From Schmidtea nova (Eukaryota): DNA of 64,000 nucleotides. The DNA is taken from the NCBI GenBank assembly GCA_044892505.1, contig CM097882.1, positions 257,424,001-257,488,000 on the forward strand, written 5' to 3'. Shown piece by piece: positions 14,337 through 27,161 of this stretch. The translations under genes were made by a program, and so were the position numbers. The notes under the pieces are model-generated. The model ran no database searches and was not told where the DNA came from. It was given only the letters and a program-made list of their open reading frames with translations. Each line of letters begins with the position of its first letter. The stretch's first letter is position 1.

Positions 14337-15563
14337 AATACTATTTAGAAATCAATTTAAATTATGCAAATAAATAGATGTATATAAGTACATGTCTGTA
14401 AATATAATATATTAACATACATTACCGATGGTGCGCTTATCAACATTCTACATCGTTGAACCAAACTCCATTTTTCAAGATACCGATCTTTTTTCACTTA
14501 AACTAAATGAGCTATACTTGAATGAGATATTTTCTGATGTGGAACGCCAGATTAAATGGCTTGCGCGGTGTAAGTTGATCAAGAATATGCATCTTTGCCG
14601 CCACTGCAATGATGACAAATACTTGCGTTTGGTCCGAAGAACATCCTCGACTGATGGTTTCTACTGGAAATGCAATGCAACATGCAAACACACGGCCTCG
14701 ATCCGAGCCGGAAGTGTATTTGACAATATTAATATGACATTTGAGAAAGTCATTAAAGCCATTTACAAGTATACAAATGGCTGTTCTTTCGTTGATATTG
14801 CCTTTGACCTACACATGCATAGAAATACGGCGGGGGAAATTGGGAAATTGGCTAGGGAAGCAATTTTGCAGTACATGGCCGATAAAAGTGATAAGTTGGG
14901 GGGTGTTGATTCGTGTGGCAATGCCAAAATTGTAGAAATGGACGAAAGTCTATTTTTCAGAAGGAAATACAATCGCGGCAGAATAAGGAATGGACAGTGG
15001 TTTCTTGCGGGCATTGAACGGGGAACCAGAAAGATATTTATCATACCGGTCGAAAACAGGAATGGCGATACGATCGCAGGTGCGATTGTAGACAATGTTG
15101 AGCCAGGCTCCATGATAATAACGGACAAATGGAGAGCCTATGGGTCTGCAATACGAAATTTAGGGGGATATGGGCATGCAACAATAAACCATACATTGAA
15201 TTTTGTGGATCCAGAGAATTCGGAAATTCATACGCAGAATGTGGAGGGTTTGTGGTCAAGAAGCAAATATTCCCTGCGAAAACGGATAGGAATGAAACAA
15301 GAAGCACATACGGAGTATTTAATACAATTTATGTGGGAATATTCCGTGGAGAGGCGCAAAAGACTGCATACGCTTTTGAAAATTCTACATGTTTTGGACG
15401 TGAAATGATGTTAATTTTATTTCCTACTGGTTAGTAAATAGTTGAATTTATGGATGAATGTAACTATATACAATTTAGTTAATGTATGTTAATATATTAT
15501 ATTTACAGGCATGTACTTATATACTTATTTCTTATACTTATGTACTTATTTCTAAATAGTATT
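14337..15563 (+). mobile_element. Merlin (IS1016/IS1595-like) DNA transposon with ~85-bp imperfect TIRs
   Basis: Left AATACTATTTAGAAAT...TAAGTACATGTCTGTAAATATAATATATTAACATACATTA is mirrored at 15480-15563; no TSD recognised. Confidence 0.8.
14428..15408 (+). CDS. Merlin/ISXO2-like DDE transposase, intact, 326 aa
   Basis: N-terminal zinc ribbon (CRHC...WKCNATC); catalytic VEMDES, ITDKWRAY and TQNVEGLW; RKYNRGR motif. Confidence 0.93.
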   Translation: MVRLSTFYIVEPNSIFQDTDLFSLKLNELYLNEIFSDVERQIKWLARCKLIKNMHLCRHCNDDKYLRLVRRTSSTDGFYWKCNATCKHTASIRAGSVFDNINMTFEKVIKAIYKYTNGCSFVDIAFDLHMHRNTAGEIGKLAREAILQYMADKSDKLGGVDSCGNAKIVEMDESLFFRRKYNRGRIRNGQWFLAGIERGTRKIFIIPVENRNGDTIAGAIVDNVEPGSMIITDKWRAYGSAIRNLGGYGHATINHTLNFVDPENSEIHTQNVEGLWSRSKYSLRKRIGMKQEAHTEYLIQFMWEYSVERRKRLHTLLKILHVLDVK

Positions 15564-16879
15564 AAAAATTCAAAATAGTATTAAAAATTCAAAATAGTAT
15601 CAAAACCGGCACTTACCGGATTCTTTGCTCTTTTGATCGTTTTTCAATTGTGCTTTCAAACTTGCCATGTCTTTATGTTGATGATGTGTAATAAAAAATT
15701 TTGCCAAAATGGAATGCAACTAATGATCATTTTCCATGACCGATATTACGTATATTCTATGAGCAGATAGTACTTATGATATAATTAGATTTAAAGCTAC
15801 TGCAACTACATAAATTCCAATTAAACCAGCACACGCTTGTCCTAAGAACATGGATTTGTCCGCAATCTTTTCCATCGTTTTATACGTTGCTCTTTTGAAA
15901 TGATCAGGTGTTAATAAATATAAAAATTCGCCGATATATCGTTGTTTTGTTTAAAATTTCATGAATCAATTTAGTATTGGCTCATGTAATACATTTATTT
16001 ATATATATTATAAAAATCAAGATCACTGTACATCAACAACAAAGGGTTTATTAAAAAAAATTTTTTTTGAAATAATTTGTTTAAATAATTGTTTTGTGTT
16101 GGTGAATAAATATTTTAATTGGAAGTTACTATTTTTGATATAATGAATAACGATTTGGGAGACTCCATAGCTATGTCCTATATGCAACCCTCAGAAAACC
16201 CCATCACCTTATCCTCTAAGTTCCCACTGTTGTACACTCTTGTGCTCATTATTATAGAAATCGCACAATTCAGAGAGTTACGACGGCTTCCCTGTGCCCC
16301 ACGGCTCGGCACCGTGTAAGAATTTAGTTTTGGTTGAGAAGATATGAGGGTTTCCACACAAATGAATACGAACCATAAAAATAAATAACTAAGTACTGTA
16401 TATGGTATGATGGTCCCTTTTACAAGCTTCGAAACACGATAAATTCTCAAAGTATAACATCTCCAAAGATAGTTTTAGACAACTGGTTGTAATCGTAATA
16501 CGGCTGACGATACTGATGCTGAACCGCTATATCGCAATGAAACTTAACTGTCAAGTATCTTTTTACACTGACTTTAGTGTCGGTATCCTGATATCAATAT
16601 CAGGTCACTCTTGGCCAATCAAATTCGGCTTGCCCACTTCATATGGTAGGTAATTCGCTTTGTTTATTTGTTATACTTGATTGACGTTTTAGATATCCAT
16701 TAACTTGGCTCAAATTTCAATTTTTTAATTTCGTAAGTACTTTTATTTTCTTAATATTCGTTATTTTAATTTAAAAGACTTAAAGTTACTTATTAAAGTT
16801 ACTATTTTGTGGATCAAAATATTTTTAAAAGTTACACGAATTTTCGTCAACCTTTTCAAGTTTGTATATTTACAAAGTT

Positions 16880-17245
16880 ACTAACCATCAATAATAGTAA
16901 AAATCAACGTAATAATAAAATAAAGAATAGAAATAAAATAGATGAAAATGAAAAGGGGAATTAATAATAAAAATAGGCTAGGGTAGAAAAAAATTAAAAT
17001 CAATTAATGAAAGGAATAAAAATGGAAAACTCCCGAATAAGAATAACAAATAAAATGGTAATAATTTAATTAAAAATAAATCAAATATTTAACAAAAGTT
17101 CAAAAATTAATTAGAAAATTAAAGAAATCTAATTGTTTAAAAACAAACTATTAAAACTCACCAATTTAAGGGGACGTATCCATTCTGATTGGCTGGTTTA
17201 AATCACAGAATACTGTATAAGAACCAGCCAAATCAAAAGGAACAT
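16880..17245 (+). repeat. LTR U3-like fragment with reversed CCAAT box and TATA
   Basis: A-rich tract followed by CTGATTGG (17185) and TATAA (17216); same layout at 45680 and 53493(-). Confidence 0.4.
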
Positions 17246-17254
17246 TGTCTAAGC

Positions 17255-17320
17255 CAGCAGTTCTCAAAGTGTGTGCTGCGGAACCTGTGTTCCGAGGCAA
17301 AATTTTATGGTTCCGCGGAT
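17255..17320 (+). mobile_element. hAT-like left terminus (MITE remnant)
   Basis: CAGCAGTTCTCAAAGTGTG...GCGGAACC...GTTCCGCGG resembles Charlie/SPIN-type hAT ends; no matching right end found. Confidence 0.45.
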
Positions 17321-18404
17321 ATTAGATAATTATATAATAAGACAAATAAAATATACATTAAAAGACTTGGTCAGATTCAATTATTATTAGTATAGACAAA
17401 GAACTCATTAATTTGAATGTCAAATATTTTCAAGGACAAACTAAAATATATATATCTAAAAAATAAAGTAGTCAAAACAAGAACAAAAGCCAACTGACTT
17501 TAAGAAGAATTTGCTTGTTTACAATTGAAATATTTTCTACAGTAAATGCTTGTTTACAATTGAAATATTTTCTACAGTAAATGCTTGTTGTCAAAAGTAA
17601 CTATTTAGACGATAACCGAAAATATAAATTGGGTTACCACAAATTTTGTAATTGAAATATCAAAGTAAATTGTTAACAATAGGAATTAATTTAATAGCAA
17701 ATATAATAAGTGCTAATAAAACAATTACTAAAAATATTTAACCTCAAAAATAATTTATATATAATCCCTTGAAATTTAGAAGTAAAGGACGAATAAATTT
17801 AGTGCGAAATTTTATCGATTCAAATAATGGGAAAATATACACGTTTAAAAATTAACATTAGATATTATACGACTAGTGTAAGCTAAATAGAATCAATCAA
17901 CAAATAATAAAGATAAATTTATATTCCAATAACAGTTAAAACTAAAAACAACAGAATTCACAAACGAGACAATTATCAAGAAAATTAGAGCAAAGTAAAA
18001 ACAGAAATTAAGATTCTATAGAAGATAATTAATACGTTCATTGGTATCATGATTAAAAGGATAATCGATTATCTTACTGTGTATTTTTTAGATATGATAA
18101 ATAATAAAACGGTTTATTTGATATGAATACATATTAAATAAATAATAATTTTAATTTTAAGTGCGATAAACCGTTGACCATTTTTGAATTACATAAGTAG
18201 CCCCAAAAATAAGTTTTTCTTGTTCTTCTGTTATACTTAGTGTAGGTTGTTGTGTTATAAAGGAACTATCTGTCCAGTACTTGTAATATTCTGTTATTTT
18301 AACACAAAAAACATTTGTAAAATTGTAATTTCAAATAGATAATAAAAATAATTGTCTATTAATTTAATTGACTTTATAATATATATAATATATTATATAA
18401 TATA

Positions 18405-18593
18405 TTTTAAAGGGGGAAGTTATGTGAATGTCATATTTTATTGTTTAGTTTATTTTATGATTATGATTGTGGATGGTATTGTGCATACCGGAACCCCCCT
18501 TTATCATTATTTAGGCGCTTTATGTCTGGGGATTATGGTTTTTTATTATTATTATTATTTAAAATTATTAAAATTCAAAATAAAAGAATCACA
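18405..18593 (+). repeat. PPT plus short 171-bp LTR (TGTGA...TCACA, 18423-18593)
   Basis: TTTTAAAGGGGGA then TGTGAATGTC; near-identical copy at 21405-21577. Confidence 0.75.
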
Positions 18594-19115
18594 GTAAAGA
18601 TTAATACCACAACAACAACTATCATCCTACCATCCCTTCGCAATAAACTATCAAATATCCTAATCCGATATTAAAGCAAAAACTAAACAAACTTTTGTTC
18701 GATTTGCGAATTCAATCTGATATTAAAGCAAAAGCTAAACAAACTATTGTTCGATTTGTGGTCAGATCGTTCACAAAAATCTAATACAAAAATCTACAAC
18801 AACCACAACTATCATCACACAATCCTATCGCAATAAACTATCAAATATAAAGCAAAAACTGAACAATCTATTGGTCGTTTTGTGATCCAACAGTTCACAA
18901 AGTAATTGCATTGTGATTGTTGTGTTAGAGTTAAATAATTCAAATAATAAATTTTTATAATAACGTATCATTTTGTTTACAGTGTTTACGCATAACATAG
19001 CATACACCCCGAGTGTCTGCACACAATTACCGCAAGACTCTCTCGGGCACTACGACATTTCTTCACACACACAAGATACTGTGTCGTATTTACATATAAT
19101 AACTTACTTTACAAC

Positions 19116-21577
19116 TGGTGTCGGAAGTCAACACAACACACACTCGTCGTTTTTTTCAAATGTTAACGCCTTCAGCATACCTATTATAGAGGTATAAGGA
19201 TTAACGTCACTTTTAGCCGAACACAGTAGGCTATATCCTTCAGTCAAGCTCATTTTTTTCACATAAAAAACAACATAACAAACAGCAACAATACAATCAA
19301 ATGGCATCGAACCAAGCAAACCCAAACACTTAACAAACACCCATGGACAACGAAAATGCACAATCCCAACACCAAAACAACAATTATTATTACAACCGCA
19401 AAAATACACACACAATAAATTCGGTAATTAGCCCGAAACCTAACCTACCAAACTACTTTACAGATGAAAATCTTGCCTCAACAACACTCAATTAGGTGAC
19501 AATAAACCCACTGATTTCCTCAGGCAATTAAAACAAAAACTAGAATATTTGCAACCAAATATCACAAATTCGGGTTCAAATGAACTAGTAAAAGAATTTT
19601 TCATGCGAGCAATGCCACCAGAAATCAGGAGGATTCTGGCAGCCAGCAACAATGCTGATGTTGAAACGCTTGCCGACATAGCGGAAAAAATCAACTAAGA
19701 AATTTATCCGACTATATGCAGCACCCAAAACCACAACAAAAACAAAACTAACTACAATAATCTACCAATCAACAAACACAACGAAACAAACGACAACATG
19801 AACAAACTATTAAACACACTAATCAGCAAATTCGACGAAATAATAGTCGAAAACAAACAAATTAAAACAGAACTAGCCGAAATAAAAGAACGTTGTAATA
19901 AACAAAACTTTAACTCAAACCAATCATACGATAGTTACAACAGATACAACCACAACAGAGACCAAACATCCGACTGTCAAAACAGACAATGCTACAATCA
20001 ACCCCCAGAATACAACAGACAAAACTGCAGCCACAGTCAATCACCAAACAACAATTACAGAAACCAGTCGAACTCCCCAAATCGAGGCAACAATTACCGA
20101 AACAGAAGCCCAGAAAGAGATTCAAGAAACAATTACCTAAACAAAAGCCTCTGCTATTTCCACAAAAAATTCGGTGAAAAAGCATTTAAATGCACACAAC
20201 CCTGCGAATTCAACAAAACAGAGCAGGGAAACCAATAAGGTCACCAATGATAGCACCCACATCAGGTGACCAAAACAACACATTTTGGGTGCACACAAAC
20301 AACTTAGATTTTTTAATAGACATAGGCTCGGTGATCTCCCTACTACCCCATTCCATGTATAAAAGTGCCAACAAAACAGAAAAACCATTAACAGCAGCTA
20401 ACGGCACAAACATAAAAACTTTCGGACAACAAAAAATAAATTTAAACATAAACAAAAAAACTACAACTGGACATTCACCATAGCTGAGGTCCAACAAGCA
20501 ATAATAGGAGCAGATTTCCTAACAAATTACAACCTCCTAGTGGATTGTAAAAATAAACAAATAATAGAAAATAATACTAATGCTACAACACCACAGCACA
20601 ACACGAACAATGGAGGAAAACCGAAAATAGACATTGGTGTTATCCAAATGGATCCAATGAACTACAAATCAGAAATAAATACAGAAATAAATACATTACT
20701 GGAAAAAGCCGACAAACTTATCGCACCAGTAACTTTCAACGAGAAAACAAACATAAAAAATAAAGAAGAAACAAATAAACAAATAACAACCAAAAACAGT
20801 GAGAACATCGAAAACAAATTAAAAGGAATATGAAAGAGACCAAACTCAGAGAACGATGGCAAGATCGTACTAACAACCGATTATTTACTAATAAAGAAGC
20901 CATACTCAAAAGGTCCCGAAGATGAATACGAAGGCCCATTCAAAATACTCGAAATCAACAAAAACGTGGCCACAATAATAAAAAACAACAATAAAACAAG
21001 AATAAATTTACGCAAAACAAAACCTTACCACAACAAGCAAAACATCTCAAACAACCCCACAAAAGAAAAAATACCGACAGAAACAAAAACACAACCAAAC
21101 CACAAACACATCTCTTTCAACTCCAAAAACTCAATAAAACTATTCGACAAGGACACAATAATCACACCCCTATCCAAAAAACGATATAGCGAATGCCTCA
21201 AGTAAAAAGCACAAACATACATAAGCAAAACACAGGCACAACATAGTCATTTGTACAGTTTTTATTCTTTTGTAAATACGTAAATGTTATGGTTAAAACG
21301 TTGTAAACAACAAAACAAATACAAAACAAAACAAAACAAAACAACAAAAATAAGTTGTCAACATTGTTAAATGGTAAATTTTTCGTTTAAATGTTAACCT
21401 CCGGTTTTAAAGGGGGAACTTGTGTGAATGTCATATTTTATTGTTTAGTTAAGTTTATTTTATGATTATGATTGTGGATGGTATTGTGCATACCGGAACC
21501 CCCCTTATCATTATTTAGGCGCTTTATGTCTGGGGATTATGGTTTATTATTATTATTTAAAATTACCAAAATTCAAA
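19116..21577 (+). mobile_element. Internally deleted Ty3/gypsy element: tRNA-Leu-type PBS, gag, protease, integrase tail, PPT and LTR; no RT or RNase H
   Basis: PBS TGGTGTCGGAAGT at 19116; Gag LGDNKPTDFLRQLK...RAMPPEIRRILAA and CYFHKKFGEKAFKCTQPC; protease FLIDIGSVISLLP...IIGADFL; GPF motif EYEGPFKILE near 20930; stops and frameshifts. Confidence 0.85.
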
Positions 21578-22219
21578 TTTTTAATTTGAATCAAGCAGCT
21601 TACTATAGTAATATACTATAGTAAGCTAAAGACAAAATAAAATCGATTTCAGAATTAAAGATTATAATTTAAATTAAAAAAACTAATTCATTTGGCTACA
21701 ACGGGGAATTACTGAAATTTGCAAACAAATCCTAAAACTAAATCAACTCAGGATCTACGCTGGTACAGAATATCAATCAAAAGACCTTGAATTCAAGTCG
21801 GTGTCGATTAAGGTGATCCGCAAAGCTTTCAAATAAATTTTCCCTCGATTTTTCCCGGCCAGAAACCAAGCTTAATAAAATCAATTATTTCAATTAATCA
21901 TTTCACACTATTATCCAAAGACAAAAGAATTCTCGAGCGTTTATTTTATTTGCAAGTCAGTAATCAAACATATCATCGCAACTCAATTCGGGAATCAAAT
22001 ATTCCTCTGGAAATACATATTGGAGGATATTCAATCATCGTTGTTTTTAACTAAATGGTTATTATTTTCATAATTTTCCCAACTTATGTTTTTAATATTT
22101 AAAATTTAAGTAAGCTTTATTTGTGCCCTACCCCTATTGTCTATCTTGCTTTATAACATATATTAAATTTTACCAAAAATTTAACGTTAAAAATTTAAAT
22201 TATCACCGAGGCCTTGACA
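21578..22219. repeat. Partial LTR-like repeat ending ...CCGAGGCCTTGACA
   Basis: The terminal motif recurs at 29862-29875 (CCGAGGCCCTGACA) and ~35375 (CCAAGGCCTTAGA). Confidence 0.45.
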
Positions 22220-23249
22220 ACGGCAACAGTTACAATGTAGCAAATTTAAACAAGCTTGGATCTGTCATATATCCATTCAAAGGCTATTTATGTTTTTAGA
22301 ATTTTTAGTCATATTAAAAATTTATTTCCTGAACCCCCCTTAACAAATAAAAAATTATTAAACTCCTATAAAGCATTATATATATACACACTAATACATT
22401 TTTTATTTTTATTTTATATTTCGTTATTAACAAAATCCAACTTGATTGGTTGGTTTCTTATATTATATAATTCTCATGTCTATGCATATTGTAAATATAT
22501 TGATTTTTAGATCTAGCTTTTCGGTTAATTTACTTGTTAATTGTAAGCTCTATTTAGTTGTTCACAATTATTTACTCTTCCTGTCATTCAGAAGCTCGGC
22601 TGGTAGATGAATATTTTCAATTTTACTCTAGCAGAATTTATTAATTTACCAATTCAAGAGAAAATTTAATTCTGCCTTCGTCTTTTGCAATTACGTTCCC
22701 CTGATCTTAAGTAGCAATTCAGAAATGATGGAAAATTAGTTATGCATATTGCCTTTAACTTGGGAAAATTAATTCCAGAGGAAATGCGAAAATAGAAATT
22801 AAATTTTTATTTTCAACTTGGGTCTCCCGGAGTAACTTCAAATTACTATTAAAGACAAATTGGACAGTGTACTAGCCCAGGTGGCAAACTAAATGGGAAT
22901 TTCTCTTTCGGTTGGAATGTTATCGACAAACTCCTCTAGATTCTGTTTTAGAATTCCTCATTCCGCTCATGCTTCCTTTTAAATCGTCTGATGATTTTTC
23001 TGTCAAACAATCGATTTGGCAAGTTAATGATTACATTTTGATAACCCATTTTTGTTTTTTCGGTAGATTTCATTTAATAAATTTTTGTTGTCAGGACTTT
23101 TTGATTAAAAAGTGATAGGTTAATGTACCATTGATAATTAACAAAATGAATATAAGGAATATTGCTATAAAATTGCATTATTCAGTGATTGAAATAGTCA
23201 AAGAGCTTATGGTTGGCGTTATTTTTAGTTATTTTCTTTTACTTTAGTT

Positions 23250-23605
23250 AATTTTGGTAAATCTGTAATATGAAATAATAATTCTTCCCTTAAAATGAAA
23301 TGTGCCAAGGAATGTCGTGAGATCTTTGGTGCTAACGATACTAATATGTTGTAGGAAAATGCTCATTAAGAGAAGAGGTATAATTGGAGATATTGTTATG
23401 CCCAACCGGAAAATTGTATTCATAATGGATGCAAATGCGTGACCCTTTTTTGAATGTATCATGCTGATAAATATTAATGAGTGAAATGGCGTGGTATGTG
23501 TGTATTGGTAGATGAATATTTTTTGTACAGTAATGGATGTGGATGTATTCATTTCATGATATCGTGATGGGTATTTTACAATGGGTATTTTACAATGGGT
23601 ATTTT

Positions 23606-23641
<36 letters not shown>

Positions 23642-26140
23642 ACGGTAAATGTACATTACCAGGTAAATGTATATATTAACTGCAAGATTTGGCAAATGTA
23701 CATATAACATACATTTACCGATTATTTAGTAATCATTTATACTTTTACCTAGAGGAATGGTAAAAGTGTAAAGGAATAAAGTTAATTATTCGAGTATAAT
23801 ATAATTGATAATAATGTTTATTATACCAAAACCAAAATTTCTTAATAATTGTTTTAAGGTTATGTTTATTATTTTATGTTTATGTTTTTAAGCGTAAATT
23901 AAAACTCAACAAATTTTCTAGGTGCATTATTAAACAGCAATTATTGTAAATATTACAATTTTAAGTAAGTTTTATTATAGTTCATGATTTACGTAATAAT
24001 TTTATAAACCTCAATACTAAATATTGCAGAAATGAATCAACGAGAAGAATTTCTATGTGTACATTTACCGGCGAATGTGTACATTTTGACATTATTTCTA
24101 CATTTTACAAGACCTTGATATAATGTATACATTTACCCGTAAATGTATGTATAACAAACTTTTTCGAAATAGTAAACTTACATTTACCCATTGGTGTGGT
24201 CTATGTGTACATTTACCGGCGAATGTGTACATTTTGACATTTTGTACTATAACCGTAACACACACACACATATATACATATATATATATATATATATTGT
24301 AAAATACCCATTGTAAAATACCCATTGTAAAAATAAAATAATAATTATGTAATAATTATAATGTAACTAAATTTTTAAACTCGATAAAATTTATATAATA
24401 AAAAATTCTTGTTTAACAAATTTTATATATTAATAATTCGAGTTAAATTTTTTCATATAATATTTTTTTTATAAAAGTAAATTTTATTTTTTACAAAATT
24501 TAATTTCGATCATATAGGAACTTCCGAAATAAAATATATATAAAATTTCAAGACGGTTCTTTTGGCGATCTCGAATACTCAAAATCCTAGATGCAATTCT
24601 TAGAAGTTTTTATCAATAATGTTTCAATGGAATATTATCGAGCATAATCCGTAAGCATAATTCGATATAACATTTTTATTACTCTTTCGGTGGTTATTTA
24701 TGAGGTTTTCATACATTCGACTTTCTAAATGATTCTATACATTTATTCATAATGAGGTAAAGACCATGTTCATTGAGCGAAGGTGATTAACGAGGTAAAT
24801 GCATATTTTCGATTTATTTTTATTATGTCCGAATTTTTATGTAGTTATAAGAGTTATATAATGTAATATAAATAAATATAAATACTATAAATAAAATATT
24901 CATTTGCGTCTTTGAATACCGCATCGCATTTCAAAAAATGTAATAGGATTCTAGACGTTAATTATTTTGAACAGACCTTGCGCTTAGCCCAGCCACTACT
25001 ACTCATATAGCCAGGTATGAGATGAAGCGTTATTGGATGTTTGCGCTCACTTCGATTAAAATATGGATAAGAACACTGAAAGGACTCCAGCGAACTGATG
25101 ATTCACCATAGCGACTAATGACGGTACAACAACTAGGTGGACCATTATCAGACATATAGAAATGGTTTTAATGAGAAAAAATATAGATATGCATATAAAT
25201 AAATAAATGAATAACAATATAATGATGTTAGTTTGTGAGAAAATGTGATCAAAGTAACAAATAAAATTTAAAATCAATCAAAATACCTATGGCAGGGTAA
25301 TGAAGGCATGATTCGCTAGCCTGCATAACAAAAAAACTCAAGATCCTTACATAATCACTCGCATAGGATTCGCCGCTCGGTTCAGATGTGGTTAAGAGTA
25401 AATTGGATTGTATTCGTCCGAGATCACGAATGCGAGTCTTGGATTTTTTCGCAAAACTTCCGAATTTTGTAAATCGGAAATTGATTGACTGTTTCTGGAA
25501 ATCTTTCGAGTGGTTCACTTTCACAGAAATTTCTCTTCAAGCAAATTCTCTCTTAAAATTTTATTGCTAAAAACAATTTAAAATTTTTAACAAAAAAATT
25601 CTGGCAAATTTTGATGGGGTTTATATAGTTGTTTCAAACTGTTATTTTTGTTGATGTATTAAAACAAATTGTTCTAGAAGGAATTTTCGATTATTTCAAA
25701 ATTAATTTTAATAATTTTAAGCAAAATTGAATTATTATTTTTGTAAAAATTTTTATAAAACTTTAAATAATTTACTTTCTGATCTAAAAATTTATTTTTA
25801 AATCAAAGTTTTTCTAATTTAGTTTAATTTACCAAAATTTTAAACTAAAACAATTTTTTTTATATTTCTTTGAATTTTTAAGTTAAAATCGAAAGTTTCA
25901 TCAGAAAATATGTTAATTTTTCCTAGTTTGTTATTTTATTACATTATTGATGTTTTTATGTTATATTTGTGTTTTCAACGTGTATACTTGATGCATTTTT
26001 GTTCAGTTTAATTTTTAAACGTGTTTTATTTAATTATTTGTGTGCTTTGTTGTTACTGTGTTTTACTTGGTGTTTTTCTCAATCGTATTTTAAGTCTACT
26101 TCATGCGCATTCTCTAAATGCTGTATTACCGCGTTATTTA
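23250..26140. repeat. Copy A of an unclassified ~2-3 kb interspersed repeat
   Basis: Collinear similarity with 33120-35250 (e.g. TTCATTGAGCGAAGG, GGATTCTAGACGTTAA, AAAATACCTAYGGCAGGGTAA, TTCTAGAAGGAATTTTCGA); end motif also near 48580-48620. Confidence 0.85.
23567..24332. mobile_element. Foldback/MITE-like insertion with compound TIRs
   Basis: Left: (ATGGGTATTTTACA)x3, (TA)n, GTTACGGT. Right: ACCGTAAC, (CA/TA)n, (TGTAAAATACCCAT)x2.5. Internal TACATTTACC repeats; absent from copy B of the host repeat. Confidence 0.75.
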
Positions 26141-27161
26141 AATAAAATTCATTTTTCGCCCAACAATTTTATCAATAACCCACGATATTGATACGATTTG
26201 TACACTTTGAGAATTAATTCCTTTAACCATCGCTTACAAAAGGCCTGAGTTAATATTTAATTCATTTCCATCTCAACCGTAGTCTAGCTGTCCCCGTCAT
26301 TGTAGTGTTTTCCTTCATTTCTCTTTTCCATTAACAAATAATTTAGTGTGATTTTAACAACATCTGGCATTTTCCATATTTTTTTCCTAGTTCCCACTTT
26401 ATCTCTGACGGCTGTCGATATGCCGATTTTGTTTTCGTTTTCAAATTTTGGTATTTATTTGCTTTGTTGTTTAATTTCTTTTATTTTTTTACTACTTCCT
26501 AATTTCTCAATTTTTGCTTTCCATTTTCTTCTCCAAGTTCCAGAATACCATCTCAATTACGCTATTGGTTCACACCCAATTTATTCATGATATATTTAAC
26601 TATTTAGTTATCCTCAACAATTTTTTGTCCTTCGAAATTACTTTGTATGTCCACATTTAATTTTAATTTATTCATTTAATTTACTTATCTTTATGTATTA
26701 CTAACTTCTGAAACATATTTATCCTAAATTTTTAACAAGATTAAATAAAATTATATTAATTATATAGACTGTTTTCAAAAGAATTCGCTACTTCATTCTT
26801 GCAGTCTTATTGAAGAGTGTAAAGTATTTCAAGTGTTTTTAGAAATTATTTTAAATTAATAATTGTCAAATATTTAAAGGATATATCATGAGCAATTGAA
26901 TAAAAAACTTTTAAGTATAACACAAATTTAAGAAATATCTTTCAGAAATATATTTCACTCTTGTTTATTTGACTCCTGACAATTGATTTTTAAAACTAAT
27001 AAAAATTACGAACAAAAACAAAAAATACATTTAGCGACATTCAATTGAATGATTAAATGAAAAAACAAACGTATTTGATTACTTTTGTGTTTTAGCTGTC
27101 ATTGAACATGACAAATAAATTTTGAGTTAAAAACCATTTTTTATAATTTTCTTCCAATATA

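Noticed and set aside
22985-23030. CTGATGA...GTCAAAC hammerhead-like string
   Set aside because: Missing the G of GAAA, and no convincing stems I or III.
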